NCBI GenBank assembly: GCA_951406725.2 | Contig: OX597815.1 | Coordinates: 42,470,001-42,534,000, forward strand | Direction: 5' to 3' | From: Octopus vulgaris | Lineage: Eukaryota | DNA: 64,000 nt | Shown: positions 38,963 to 53,756 of the stretch, one piece after another | Layout: every line of letters starts with the position of its first letter | Position numbering within the stretch: the stretch's first letter is position 1 | Notes under the pieces: model-generated | What the model saw: the letters and a program-made list of their open reading frames with translations, nothing else | Told to the model about the DNA's origin: nothing | Databases searched by the model: none | Made by a program: the position numbers and the translations under genes

Positions 38963-39734
38963 TCCCACTCTAATACAGGTTTGTTGTTGACTTGAGGAAC
39001 AATAACAAATAACAGAGGAGACGAAACTATTCCAAAGATGGCTATATGGAATCAAAGAACTGTTATGAGTAATCCGGGCTTTTTAGAGGAAACTATATAT
39101 AAAGTAAAGGAGTAAAACAAACATTAACATGCCTGGATTTATTAATAATTTCAAATTTTGGCACAATACTAGCAATTCTGAGGGAGGGGTTAGTCGGTTA
39201 CATTGACCCCACTACTCAACTAGTACTTGTTGATCCTGAAAGGATGAAAGGTAAAATCAACTTTGGCAGTATTTGAACTTAGAACGTAAAGGAGGACGAA
39301 ATGCTGCGAAGCATATTGGTCGTTGTGTTAACGATTTTGCCAGCTCGCCGCCTTATAGCCTAGAATAAATAATGAATGACATTTGATAGGACAGTATATA
39401 CTTGAATAATGAAGATACTCCTAGTAAATCTAGTACTAGCAAAATGTATCAGCCATTTTCCGTCAAAATGAACATCAACAATATCACTTCAAGATAACGA
39501 GGACATGATTAAATCTAAAAGAAGAAACATCTTCCAGAGTGACTCCTTATCCCTTCTGCTTTTCCCTCTTGCTCTGACTCATTCAACAAATCTGTTGGAT
39601 AAAATCGTCAAAGTCAAACTAGTTATAAACTACGATTTTAACATGATAATTAAAAAACTTAGACTTGTAAAGAAACTATTGACCGAGTTTTGAAGTCACT
39701 ACACAAAAGGTGATACAGATAAAATTATACATAA

Positions 39735-39880
39735 GTGTGGCTGCCACATGGAACTGAAGAAATTTGCTTCCCAACCACATAATTCAGAGTTCACTCCCAC
39801 TGCTTTGTACCTATAGTCTTTTACTATAGCCTCAGGCCTTGTGAGTTGATTTGGTAGATCGAAACAGAAAGAAGCCCCTC

Positions 39881-39944
<64 letters not shown>

Positions 39945-40217
39945 AGTGAATTGAAGAAATGGAGTTGAACGAAGATTGAACAGAAATCGTTTTATTGCAT
40001 TCTAGAATGCAATAAAACGATTTCTGTTCAATCTTCGTTCAACTCCATTTCTTCAATTCGCTAATAATATTAAAATTCAATTATCCGCACCAACGCACGG
40101 TTGCAACACCATATGGTTGTACCTCCAACCGTGCTGTCTTCTGCTGTGATTTTTGCTACCAAGGTATCGGTTAAACTTTTGATTAATCTGCAACAAGATT
40201 ATTCATCTTTCTATTTC

Positions 40218-40300
<83 letters not shown>

Positions 40301-40570
40301 GAGGAACTTCTTTCTGTTTCTCTGTTTCTCTCTCTCTATATATGTATGTATGTAATGTATGTATGAATGTATGTATGTATGTATGTATGTATATGTGTGT
40401 GTGTGTTTGTCCCCCACCACTGCTTGACAACCACCAAAAGAGAACGATAGAGTAAGTACTCGGCTTAAAAAGGAAATAAGTACTGTGGTCGATCAGTTCG
40501 ACTAACATTTCTCAAGGCAGTACCCCAGCATGGCCGTAGTCTAGTCACTGAAACAAGTAAGAGATGAAAG
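39735..40570 (+). mobile_element. SINE family B interrupted in its (TA)n by a palindrome-bearing insert
   Basis: Head 39735-39880, tail 40405-40570. Confidence 0.75.
39937..40070. repeat. 134 bp spacerless palindrome
   Basis: Centred on TCT|AGA at 40003/40004; one mismatch seen. Confidence 0.95.
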
Positions 40571-41518
40571 CTAAAAAATATTTCGCACACAAGTATAATG
40601 GGTTTGATATAAATGAGTGTAAAACAGCGAAAATGGGATTACAAGAATAATTAAAACTAAGCAAAGGTGAAGCTTTATTGTAATAAAGAAACAGGACACA
40701 AATGAAAATTTTTGTTTAATTCAAAGAAATTGCAAACTGGAAACTAACTACATTGAAGACAAACAACTTAAAAAAGACAATAAAGACAAAAATTTAAAAT
40801 AATATACAAATAAAAAATGTTTCAAAGTGTACTAAAAAAAATTGGAAAAAAAAAAACAATTCCATGACAAGACGCCACAGAAAGAAAGAGTGACAGTGAA
40901 CAATAGCTCAAAAGCTCTGAGCTAAAAGCAGAGAAAGTGTAAAATTTCTACATATAATCCCCCCAAACAAAAACAAAAATAAAAATAACGGAAAGAAAAA
41001 ACTCAATGCTTAGCGCCAAACAACTACAAAACTGAAATAATGAACAATGATTTTAATATCAAATGCAAACAATGCACCCAAGTACAATGAGGCTGTTGAC
41101 CGCATCATCCCTGACTACTCGGTTATAACCAAAGCCAAGCCCTTTTCGTAGACAGGTGTGAGCCGACATCTTTGTCTACTAGACAATATGCCAGTACATC
41201 GACTTGAAAGCGGTCATCAACACGTATTGAATACGATACATGAGAAGACTTCTGGGAATGCCGATAGACATAACGAACCATTATTATCAAGACATTGCTC
41301 TTAAGAAGGTAGAATATTTGTTAAAGTACAAAGGCCAAGGAACTGAAGCAAACGGGATGTTGGGGACGAAAATAAGTGCAGTATCCTTAATAGTTGGTTT
41401 TAGGGGCATAAAAAATAAAGATGCGAACTGAAACATAGAAGCCATACCAGGGTATAAAATATTACAAATACTCCAGAAATTATTCTACAGTTGTTGAGGC
41501 TATCTCTACAGGTCATTA

Positions 41519-41697
41519 ATAGAAATTATAGCCAGCACTGATTTTGTTACGACGTTTCGTATCCGAGACGCCTGTAAAGTTTTAACATGCTTTGTAGTAT
41601 ATTATAAAAACTTTTAATATACTTTGTTGTATATTTAAATCAGGCGTTTCGGATACAAAACATCGTAACAAAATCAGTGCTGGTTATAAATTCTATA
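41519..41697. repeat. Imperfect inverted repeat (~55 bp arms)
   Basis: ATAGAAATTATAGCCAGCACTGATTTTGTTACGACG... versus ...CGTAACAAAATCAGTGCTGGTTATAAATTCTAT. Confidence 0.8.
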
Positions 41698-42110
41698 GAA
41701 AATCTGTTGAGATAATTTTATCAAGTGATGTAGTAGCACTGCTAACACAATAGAACACAGTATTGACTTATAAAAACGTTTAATATACTTTGTTGTGTAT
41801 TACGGTTACATAACGAAATACAGTGTCCTCACATGTCATTAATATTTTACAGTTATATGACACAATATAACATCCTATGTGAAATATTTTGAATTCAATA
41901 GCACAACTCAAGCAGTATATTCCCTGCAAATAGTATATAACCTGTACTATAATATGCACTAAATGAAATAGCACAACATACATAACGCGACCCTACACTA
42001 TCGTCATCGAATAGAATACCACAGCGACCATCCCTACATAACCGATACTATAACAGCAACAACTCACATCTTACACATGCTGCACAGACCACGGAAAATA
42101 TACTCTCCAC

Positions 42111-42945
42111 CAAAGGTCCCTAACCACCAGGCCGAAGACTGGTACTGGACCCCGGATCTTCTAGCAGAGAAAGAATAAATATTTAAATTTTATTTCCATT
42201 GACCATCACATTCCTAAGGTATTTTTGCATTATATATGTATTATATTGGGTTGTCCTGAAAGTTCGAGCCGATTTTTAAAGGAAAGAAAAAGGTCAATAC
42301 TTGTCATTACATTTTTAATCAATCAAATATGAATCATTTTGTTGCACAATGCGTCTCCATCTTTCCTTTAACTTGAAAATACCTTCTTCCCAGAATTGAG
42401 GTGGTTTTATGGCAAAGAATGTTTACGTCATCCAAGGAATTGAAATAAACTACTCAAACTACTATTCGGCAGAGACCTGAATAAGTGGAAATCCGCAGGA
42501 GCAATATCTGGTGAATATGGAGGGTAGGGTAACACATCCCAGCCGAGCTGCAGTAATTTTTGTCTGGTTCCCAAAGCATCAAGTGCCAAGAATGAACTTT
42601 CTTATCTTCAATTTTAAAGGGTTACAGAATTAACACAGGTTATAGGAACATAAACCTTCTTCCACGAAAAGATAGATTAAACTGTACTCTAAATGTAGGT
42701 GTAGTCAAATCCTGTTTTATGGACTCAACCATGTTCTAAAATAAGTCGAAATGTAAGCTACTATAAATCGGCACGAACATTCCGGACAACCCAATATATG
42801 TAATATATATGCATTATATAGGTACTAATTAAATAATATATTAAGCACTTGATTGTGTTTTGTGATGCAGATAATACCTCCGGCCGCGGGAAAATTGTCT
42901 GACATGAAAATGGTTTAGGGTGCTAAGATTGTTGGGGATCGTTAG
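42111..42945. mobile_element. hAT-like non-autonomous element hosting a nested mariner
   Basis: Ends homologous to the 22410 element. Confidence 0.55.
42246..42794 (-). mobile_element. Internally deleted mariner
   Basis: TIRs TTGGGTTGTCCTGAAAGTTCG / CGAACATTCCGGACAACCCAA, TA TSD; YPPYSPDIAPADFHL motif on the minus strand. Confidence 0.9.
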
Positions 42946-43279
42946 TGTACGCAAACAACCTCCGTCTCACTGAAACACAGGACCCAAGAACACATACGAA
43001 ACAAGTAATATAGTCCATACAACAGATACCTTTACTGAATCACAGCTCAGAATCAAAGCACAACACTAATTGCTGCACAAAAAACACACGAAGAACAAGC
43101 ACAACCAAACCAAATATAATAATAGGTAGATCGCACGTAATCTGCACAACAAACGAAAGCCTCAAAACAATACGTAACATAACAAACCGCACTTCTATAA
43201 ATAAGCACAAAGAATATGATTTACAAACATCTCCAAAATATAGTGCTATTCATACCCCACGCAAAAAACAGACGAATAT

Positions 43280-46200
43280 GGATCTGTTATCCTTAAGAAG
43301 CTACGTTACGGGCAATGTTTTCATTCAGAGAATTCAGAGGCGGTGTTGTCTTAAAAACTAACCCTAAACAGACAGATCCGTCCCCTAATGTCAACGTCTA
43401 TGGTCATGATGCCTCAATGATAACAAAGCAAAATATGCACCGGATCTTCCATCACCCAGGTCTACAAGGGCTACGCACCCCTGTGAGGTTGCGTACCCCA
43501 GACTGGTTGCGAAAAATCAGCTACTGATTCAAATCCTCCCGAAATACAGGAGCTGAAAGTACCCACAACCGAAATATTCCAACAGATGGCCATCCACGCT
43601 TGTCATCAAATAACCAAAAGAAAAAGAATGAAAAATGGTCAAGGGGAAATAATAAAGAAGTCCTTCAGGCCTTCTATAATGCCATGTATTTCCCCACAAA
43701 TAAATCTAATACTGAACAAATCTACCTAAACTGGAGACAGAAGCACCTTGAAGTAAGATCTTACGTAGACTAAAAAACTTGCCAACGTCAGAAGAAACAT
43801 TATGAAAAAGAAATTACTAACTGAATTAGAGATTGACCAAATTAAACAATCAGTAAGGGATAAAAGGAACGAAGTTGCAGCTAAAGAAGATACTACAGAG
43901 GAAATAATTATAGACCAACCCAGGTCTGATGAAAATGCAGTAATGATAGAAAGAGTCAATGTAGCTGATAAGCAAAGGGAAATACTCTCTGAACCAACCA
44001 TAAATACCAAAGCAGATGAAAATCAAATAGATGAAGAAAGCCACACAGAAATTGACCCAACTGAACTAGACGATCTAAAAAATCAAATCACGATTGACTG
44101 GTTAAAATTTAAAGAGACCAGTATGTATGAATAGGACACTCTCGCAATAATTCACAACTCTAGCCAAAACCTGTAAGTAATTGGTAAAATCCGCCTTGCA
44201 CTTAAGGATATAATTTCAGCTAATGATGTTGATATTACAGATCTCAGCCACCTGTACTATGCATCCGTGAAGATCTCCACGATTCTATGTGGCGAAAAGA
44301 TTAGAAAATGGCAACATTCACACAAAAAGCCTTAAGTTTGACAAGACTATCAAATCAACAAAAACCCAAAAATTTAAGAAAAAGCATATGAAAACCATAT
44401 TTGACATCGATACCACCATAGAAATTATGAAGCAAAAGGTATGTGCTAAAGCTGACCGCATAGCACGGTATGAAAAGCGCGTTAAATTCTTCAAGGACAA
44501 CATGTTAAAAATAACCCCCAAAATTTTCACAGAAAGATAGAGAAAATACCAGTTACAGTAAAGTATGTCCCATCAAAAGAACTGCAGGAATTTTGGAATA
44601 AAATTTGGGCAGAAGAAAAAAACACACAATAAAAAGGTTCCTTGGATTGATAGAATATCTACTGACTTAGACTCCTTAGAAGAGCAAAAGTGGGAGGGTA
44701 TCAAGGTAGAGGATGTAAGATCTGCTCTCAGGAGTCAAGCAAATGGAAGTCTCCAGGAAAGGATAAAATTCCTAACTTCTGGTTGAATGCCTTCCCAGAG
44801 AGCCATGAACTGCTAACAAAACTTTACAACGATGTTTTGCAACAACCTAGTATGATTCCCTCTCGGCTAGTTAATGGTGTTACATTCCTACTTTCAAAAA
44901 GTGAAGAAACAAACGAACCAAAAAATTATAGACCCATAACCTGCTTAACAACAATGTATAAAATACTAACATTTGTCTTGACTGAATATACCTGTAGTTT
45001 TTTTTATGAAAAGTGGCGTATTCCCTAATGAGCAAAAAGGATGTAAACGTGGGTCCTACTCATCAATAAGATGTTCTTGGAAGATTGTCATAAACGACAT
45101 AAAAACTTGTCGATAGCCTGGATAGACTATAAAAAAGCTTTTGATAGTCTACCACATAGCTGGATTAAGAAATGTCTGGAAATGTATAAAATAGCTCCTA
45201 CTTTGCGAAACTTCTTCTCCGTGAGTATCAGATCATAGAGAACCATAATGACTGTGAACAGTAACAATGAATCTCTCAATGCTAGAGATGTAAGAATTTC
45301 ATGTGGCGTTTTCCAGGGTGACTCTCTATTACCACTCTTCTTTTGTCTAGCCTTAATACCGCTCTCTAAATTGCTCGATGATGTGCAAAATGGCTATAAA
45401 ATGTTTGATAAAAATATAAATCATCTCTTTTACAGGGATTATTTAAAACTCTTTGCAAAATATGACCTACAACTACAGAGCTTACTAGTAATTGTTAAAC
45501 AATTCAGTGATAACATCAGGATGCAATTTGGCATAGATAAATGTGCAAAAGCTACTTTTATCAAAGGTAAAATGACAGAAACATCCAACGTTAATCTTGA
45601 CCAACAGAATGTCATAAAGGAGTTAGAACCAGTGGAGAGCTACAAATACCTAGGGGTAAACATTCAATGATGAGGGAAAGGATCAGAAAAGAATATTATA
45701 GAAGGGTAAGGGCAATACTCAAGATAGAGCTGAATACAAGAAACAGGATCGAAGCGATCAATAATTTAGCCATACCAGTCGTGACTTACACTTTCAAAAT
45801 CATTAACTGGCCTATTACTGAAATATGTAATCTTGACAGAAAAATACAAAAATTGTTGACAATGCATAGAATGCACCACCCTAAGGCAGATATAGAACGA
45901 TTTTACTTACCAAGAAAAGAGGGTGGCCGTGGACTTTTACAACTATTATTAACTATGAAGATTGCCACAATTAGCCTAAACACCTACCTGAGAAACTCTC
46001 ATGACTGGATGTTAAAACTTGTCTTAAAGCACGAATACAAGTAAGCATCATACTCAGTAACAAAGCAGGCAAAGAAATATCTAAGTGAATTCCAAATACA
46101 ATCCCAGAATTAGACTACTGGAAACAAGCACAGAAGCTAAGCGTATGAAAACCCGTGATAAAACTGCTGCCTTATGTATTCTTACGGATAAATAGTAAGA

Positions 46201-47110
46201 AAAACCTCTTAATGGCAAATACACAAAGAGAGCTAATAATGCCGATGTTGACAAAGCCCTCACCTATCAATGGTTAGTGTCTTCTGGCTTAAAATCAGAA
46301 ACAGAATGGTTTATCAGAGCAGCCCAAGATCAATGGCTACATACAAGCAGCTACCAGGCCAACATAATAAAGAACGGCAGTAGCCCATGTCGTGTATGTA
46401 AACAACAAAATGAAACCATTGATCATGTTGTCTCCATGTGCAGTCTTCTTGCGTATACAGAGTATCTCAATAGGCATGATAGAGCAACACAGTATATTCG
46501 CTGGGTAATTTGCAAAAACCTGGACCTACCCCATGATAAAAATTGGTGGAACACAAACCAACTCCAGTGATTGAAAATTACCACATCTCACTCCTCTGGA
46601 ACTTCAACGTTCAGACTGACAGAAAGATAGCTGCAAATAGGCCAGACATCATATTCAAAGATACCAAGACAAAAATCATGCCTCCTCATTGATATGAATG
46701 TCCCAATCGATATAAATGTATTTGTCAAGACCTACCAAAATAACTGAACAAGTATAAAGATCTTGAAATAGAAATTGGCAAAATGTGGAACCACAAGACA
46801 AACAATACCTGTTGTCATAGGTGTCTGATTGCTACCTAGCTCAAATACCAGGAAACACCCAAATGGCAGAAATTCATATGATGGTGCTCATGTGAACTGC
46901 CCATACCTTACGTAAAATACTGTCTCAAATTTTAAAACTGATAATTTTCTTGTTTTCTTAAACTTTCTCTAGAACAATGTTTTGTGCAAAACCAAATATA
47001 AGACACCGTAGGCATAAGACCAACATGAACTCCTAACTAGTTGTCTCTTGAGGTCTCTGGGTGAGACTTGGAGTCAACTTGTACAAATACAAAGCAAAAG
47101 TCGAACATAC
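43280..47110 (+). mobile_element. Near full-length decayed R4/Dong-clade non-LTR retrotransposon (RT + CCHC + RLE)
   Basis: WKSPGKDKI, NYRPITCL, WIDYKKAFDS, GVFQGDSL, YKYLGV, CRVCKQQNETIDHVVSMC, RHD, RPDI motifs; ends at (AAT)n; 5' boundary uncertain. Confidence 0.92.
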
Positions 47111-47345
<235 letters not shown>

Positions 47346-47774
47346 AGGAGGAAGTAAACAGCCGATTTATATCGATTCAAGTAACAAGTAGCGCTTTATT
47401 TTATGGAACCCCTCCCCCGGACGGAAGAAAAGCTACTGAGATTGCAAAAAAGCGGAGTGTGTCGGATGTTAAGACATTTTAAATATATGTATAAAATTAA
47501 GGACAACGTTTATTGGTTTAGTAATATAAACAGGAAAATCAAAATCAAAACATGAGTATATGAGTAAAAACAACAATTGTAATAATTTCCAATGTGTGTC
47601 TTTATACTTTGAGTAACACTGTAGAAAGCCATCAGACTTACAATACACAATCAGTTGGAGTTTAGAAGTATGTGTATGAGTGTGTTTTGTATGTGCTTGC
47701 ACGTATATGCGCGTGTGTATGTGTGTGTGTGCGAGTGTGCGTATGGGCACATTAATAAACACACACAAACACAC

Positions 47775-47833
<59 letters not shown>

Positions 47834-48348
47834 AATATCTATACATATATAAGAATGATGAATAGTGACAGAGTGAACGGCGGAGGTAACATGATTTAGT
47901 GGGATAATGGATAGAATCAGTGCGTTTCAACAACGTAGATACTCTTGATATATACACAACGCAGTCCACATACGGACGCGCAGGCACACTCACGCACACA
48001 CATATGCACACATGAACACTTACGCACACATACACAGACTCTCTCTCCCTCGACACACGTAAGAGAGAGAGAGATGGCGAGAGAGAAAGAGAGGAAGGGT
48101 GAGAGAAAGGAAGAGAGAGGGAAAGAGAGAGGGATGAAAGGAGGTAGAGCTGTTGATTTCGCTTGAGAATTACATTACTGGTACACGTGTACGTTAAACT
48201 CAACAATTTTCAGGATAATTCTATGATCTTGGTAGTTCAACTGATCAAACAGCTGAAGACACGCTTGGAAGTTCTGTTCGAGATCCATTACATACATACA
48301 TACATACATACAAACATACAAACATACATACATACATACATACATACA

Positions 48349-48381
<33 letters not shown>

Positions 48382-48628
48382 GTATGCATCTACATGCATA
48401 TACATTTACATACAAACAAATATATGTACATACACAGACGCGTGCACATGCATATACACGCACATCTATACATGATATGTTGCTTTCTGAATATAGCTGT
48501 TTTCATCGAAATATAGCAGTATGTTAAAAAAATAAGAACAAAAAACATAAACAACAGACGTAAAAGATGACATAATCCTAAGTTCTGCATTAAAGAAGTT
48601 GGTCATATTCTATTGCTATATAGTTAAA

Positions 48629-49015
48629 CTAGCAGTATCGCCCGGCGTTGCTCGGGTTTGTTTCGACTCTTTAGAATTGGAAGTTTTGAAAAGTAAAGAT
48701 TTTGCGTTATGTAGCTTGTTATTCTCTTTAGGTGAACATTTTTGTGGTTGAAATACATCGAAAAATGGCGACGCAGCAGTCAAAAAATCGTAAAAAATAG
48801 AGATTTTCATAGAAAAAAAAAGCACCCTTTTGATGTAAATAACTATTGGTCTTAACATGGTCCGATTTGAATTTTATCTTCTACGGAATGAAGAGCAAGC
48901 CTTCTTCTATCATACTCTCAATTTCGGTCAACTTGCGCCGCAGGGTCTCGGAGGAGATGGTGTTAGTTAAAGGCTACCAAACCTGCCACACACAGACAAC
49001 TTCAGCTTTATATAT
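48629..49015 (-). mobile_element. Non-autonomous Helitron-like element; related relic at ~60020-60410
   Basis: Minus-strand 3' hairpin CCCGAGCAACGCCGGG followed by CTAG. Confidence 0.75.
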
Positions 49016-49914
49016 ATGATTACGATTATATTAATGAGCTCATGAACCCGGACGCTGTAGCACTCATCATACCATCTACGTTAAGAGAGCATAGGCTGTG
49101 GAATATACCGTATTGTAGGGATATGGCCTGATTGATCCCATACATATCTAGGTCCAACAACAGAATATTTCGTCCAAGAAGAGAGAGAGAGAGGGGGGGC
49201 GAAAGAGAAATAAAGGGAGAAAGAGAGGGAGAGAGAGAAGCTAGAGCGGCAGAAAGAGAGAGGCAGGCAAAGGAAGTACCATCCGGAACCTTATTTATTG
49301 TTTGCGAAGTGTTGGTAAGTAAATTCGACGTGATTTTAAATCGGAGGGCAGGAACGATTATCGTGGGTCATTTTATCTAACGCTGAACGACTCCGTCCGT
49401 CCGTCTGTCCCTCTGTATGTATGTATGTATGTATGTATGTATGCCGAGTCGCTCTTGGGCGCTACTGGTACCATGTAACCCTGTACAACCTGTTGTATGG
49501 TCATGTCGTCGACGACTAAACTGGCAATCTCAAGATTGCTTGCTGAGGAGTGTGATTATTGGACACTCTGCAGGACGAAAAATAAGACCTGTCAAAGGGC
49601 AGAAGAGCTCGTGACCAGTCAACGGCCATCCAACAATATGTGTACATGTATTTATTTGCATGTATGTATGCGAGGGGACGTGGAAATACCTGGGTTGGTG
49701 TCCAGGCGCACATTTGCCCTACTGGGAGTGAGAGGTTTCTCTGTCGTTGTTACAACGTCTCTCTATGAGAAGGAAACTCTGAGAGAAATCCTGCGACACT
49801 GACAATATTCGATGATGCTGACTAGTTCTTCTTTCCGAGTTTATATCGTCCATGTTCAGAGAGTGGGATTGGATTTGTGCAAAACTTTTCCCCACTATAA
49901 GAAATCCTCATGCA

Positions 49915-50310
49915 CATACATAGGAGTGGCTGCATGGTAAGTAACTTGCTTACCAACCACATGGTTCCGGGTTCAGACCCACTGCGTGGCACCTTGGGCA
50001 AGTGTCTTCTACTATTGCCTCGGGCCGACCAAAGCCTTGTGAGTGGATTTGGGAGACGGAAACTGAAAGAAGACTGTCGTATATGTATATGTACATGTTT
50101 GTGTCTCTGTGTTTGTCTCCCACCATCGCTTGACAACTGATGTTGGTGTGTTTACGTCCCGTAACTTAGTGGTTAGGCAAAAGGACCGATAGAATAAGTG
50201 AATAAATAGTAGGCTTACAAAGAATAAGTCCTGGGGTCGATTTGTTCGACTAAAGGCGGTGCTCCAGCATGGCCGCAGTCAAATGACTGACACAAATAAA
50301 AGAATAAAAA
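49915..50310 (+). mobile_element. SINE family B, full length; others at 59578-59925(-) and 61280-61710(+)
   Basis: tRNA head GGGTTCAGACCC, core ACCTTGGGCAAGTGTCTT, A-rich tail. Confidence 0.85.
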
Positions 50311-51204
50311 AATATTTATATCTATCTTTAGACATTGTGCAATAATGTGTTCCTGTGATGATCGATTGTGGTTAAGCATCGGATTGCATTTGGAACGTAC
50401 AATGCAGAGGTTCCGAAAAAACCCGTAACAGTGAAACGTACGTAGGGAACAAATCATATATATGTGTGCTTATCATCCTTCTCTTATGTTTTGACCAGCA
50501 CGGGCCTATAATATGTGCCGCGCTGCGAGACTGAACTGAAAGTCATGTGGTTGGGAAGCAAGACTATCAGCTACACAACCACGCCTACGCACCATCATTA
50601 TTATTTCATTTTGTTGTAAATGTGCATTATGTTGTATAATCTCTTTTTGACACTCTCTGTATGTATAGCTGTATTGCGAATTTGCTGAAGAGTGGATCTA
50701 GTAAACATTTTATTGCGAAGTGTCGTAAAAATGTGAAAGTAAAATAAATATAATGTATGTAAATACAGACCTTTTTCTTTTTGGTTCACACCTGAATATC
50801 AGAGGAAGACATCTACAGTTAATTAGAATGCTTTCTGGTAAATGTTCCAAAGAAATAAATGTTCGTCTCGAAATAGAGTTGATTCGAAGCCAAGGAAAAG
50901 ACCGTCTAAACGCTACAATAATAAATAAAATAAATGCGCCCTTTTAAATCCTAGCCAGGCTCATGGGCCCGGTTTCCCTGTTTCTATAGCGTATGTGTTC
51001 CCCAACTGGACGGAACGTCAGTCCATCACAGCGTTACTCATTTTTGCCAGCTGAGTGGACTGGAGCAACGTGAAATGAAGTGTTTTGCTCAAGAACACAA
51101 TGCATCACCCGGTCCTGGAATCGAAACCACAATCTTACGATCATGATGCTGACACCCTAATCACTAAGCCACGCGCCTCCACAAACGCTACAATAATCAA
51201 TAAT

Positions 51205-51822
51205 AATCCTTTCTACTATAGGCACAAGGCCTGAAATTTATGGGAGGGGGATAGTCGATTACATCGACCCCAGTACTCAACTGGTACTTATTTTATCGAC
51301 TCCGAAAGGATGAACGGCAAAGTCGACCTCGGCAGAATTTGAACTCAGAACGTAAAAGAGACGAAATGCTGCTACGCACTTTGTCCAGCGTGCTAACAAT
51401 TCTTATTTCTTTATTGCCCACAAGGGGCTAAACATAGAGGGAATAAACAAGGACAGACAAAGGGATTACGTCGATTACATCGACCCCAGTGCGTAACTAG
51501 TACTTAATTTATCCACCCCGAAAGGATGAAAGGCAAAGTGGACCTCGGCGGAATTTGAACTCAGAACGTAGCAGCAGCCGAAATACCACGAAGCATTTCG
51601 TCCGCCGTGCTTATGGTTCTGCCAGCGAGCCGTCTTATTAATAATAATTTCAAATTTTGGCACAAGGCCGACATGTTCAGGGGAAGTGGTCCGTCGATTG
51701 CATTGATCCCTACCTTCAGTATTCAACTGGTACTTATTTCATCGACCCCGAAAGGATAATAGGCAAAATCGACCTCGGCGTAATTTGAACTCCGAACGTA
51801 AAGACGGACGAAATGCCGCTAC
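51205..51822 (-). mobile_element. SINE family A cluster; further copies at 39150-39355, 55575-55960, 57260-57680, 58562-58775(+), 63640-64000
   Basis: Reverse complement of the family A core. Confidence 0.85.
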
Positions 51823-52354
51823 GTATTCATCACTACACTCTTCACCATGATTAGACACTTCTCATATTCCCATTGTTCCGAAGTAAAATATGCAAGAGCG
51901 ATTGGAGAGGTTTATCTATTTTGCGGACTCGGCAACGGTGTGTATAGTAAGGCTCCTTCGTTTATATTCACCATGAAAGAATGACAACTCACTTTCTGTT
52001 TATTTAATGCTGACGTTGACCTGCAGATGTTCAGTCTAGACATCAGATGTATGAATCTCAACAGTGTTCGAGGTCATGTCAAGATCACGCCTATTACTGC
52101 TTCTTCATTATCTGGTCATCATTATTGTCAACACTAGCAGCAGCACCAGTACCACAGCAACCAGCACCTGCACCAGCACCACCATCATCATCAGTAACAG
52201 CAACAGCAGAAGCAGCAGCAGCAGCAGCAGCACCACCACCACCACCACCACCACCACCACCACCACCACCACCACCTCAACCATCATTACCTACGCTATC
52301 GCTATCGTCACCCTTGTCTTCATTATTAGAATTACAAACAGTACAGCCAGCGCC

Positions 52355-52400
<46 letters not shown>

Positions 52401-52405
52401 TGATG

Positions 52406-52489
<84 letters not shown>

Positions 52490-52491
<2 letters not shown>

Positions 52492-53660
52492 TATATATAC
52501 AACGTATAGAAGGTGGTAGAGGCCTTATACAGCTGGAAAACTACTATAAAATAACCACCATAGGACTGCAAAAATATCTACTTCAGAAGGAAGGAAAACT
52601 GATCCAGATAGCGGCAAAACACGAGCAAAACAAAAAACTGTTCTCAGTATTTAAGGAAGCTGACAAATACAAACAAGAAATCATACCACCTAATAAACAT
52701 GAAGAAGAAGAAGAAGATGAAGAAACAACAAAAGCTATAAAAAAAATGAAATCCAAACTAAAAATAGAACAGCAACGAACCATGATAAAACGATGGCAAG
52801 AAAAGCCCCTTCATGGTAAATACTGGACTAAACTAAACGCAAAAGAAATAGACAAAGAAAAATCCCAGCAATGGTTGAGAAGCTCAGGACTCAAAGCAGA
52901 AACAGAGGGATTTTTAATTGCAGCACAAGACCAAAGTCTCCCCACCAGAAATTACCAAAAACATGTAATGAAAAGAAATATTACAAGTAACTGCAGAATA
53001 TGTGGAGATGGACAAGAAACAATAAATCATATTATCTCTAGCTGCCCAGTCCTGGCTAAGAAGGAATATATTCACAGACATGACAGAGTTGGAACTTACA
53101 TACATTGGAAGCTATGCCAACATTATGGAATAACAACAGAAAAAAGATGGTATAGGCACACACCAGAAAAGGTCACAGAAAACGAGAAAGCAACCATACT
53201 CTGGGATATGCCGATACACACAGATAGAGAAATTAAGGCCAACAGACCAGATATAGTTGTCAGAGACCATGAAGAAAAAAATGCTTTCTAATTGATGTAT
53301 CAGTACCGGCAGATGACAACGTGTCTCTAAAAGAAATGGAGAAACTCTCAAAATACAAAGACCTGGAAATAGAGGTAACTAGAATGTGGAATCTGAAAAC
53401 AGAAACAATTCCTATCATAGTAGGTGCATTAGGCATGATAAAAAAATATTCAGACAAATACATAACAAAAACACCAGGACTTACAAACACATATAACATA
53501 CAGAAAATTGCACTACTAGGCACTGCACACATCCTACGCAGAACACTTTCCATACAATAACCATCAGAGCATCACAACAAATCACAGCACATACCCAAGG
53601 CACACAGAGCTGCGCTCGGTAGTGAAGTGAAAGCACGCTATAAAAATAAAAATAAAACTA

Positions 53661-53664
<4 letters not shown>
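52490..53664 (+). mobile_element. Young 5'-truncated R4/Dong-like retrotransposon
   Basis: ORF 52746-53291 CRICGDGQETINHIISSC, RHD, RPDIV; continues in 53321-53560 after one frameshift; (TAA)n on both sides. Confidence 0.93.

Positions 53665-53756
<92 letters not shown>

Noticed and set aside
49400-49820. Non-repetitive GC-richer block with short ORFs
   Set aside because: No recognisable motif or splice structure; probably a repeat fragment, cannot be supported
52047-52519. Pro/Ala/Ser/Thr-rich ORFs (also 57624-57860 and 63453-63635)
   Set aside because: Derived from CAG/CAC/CAT trinucleotide repeats
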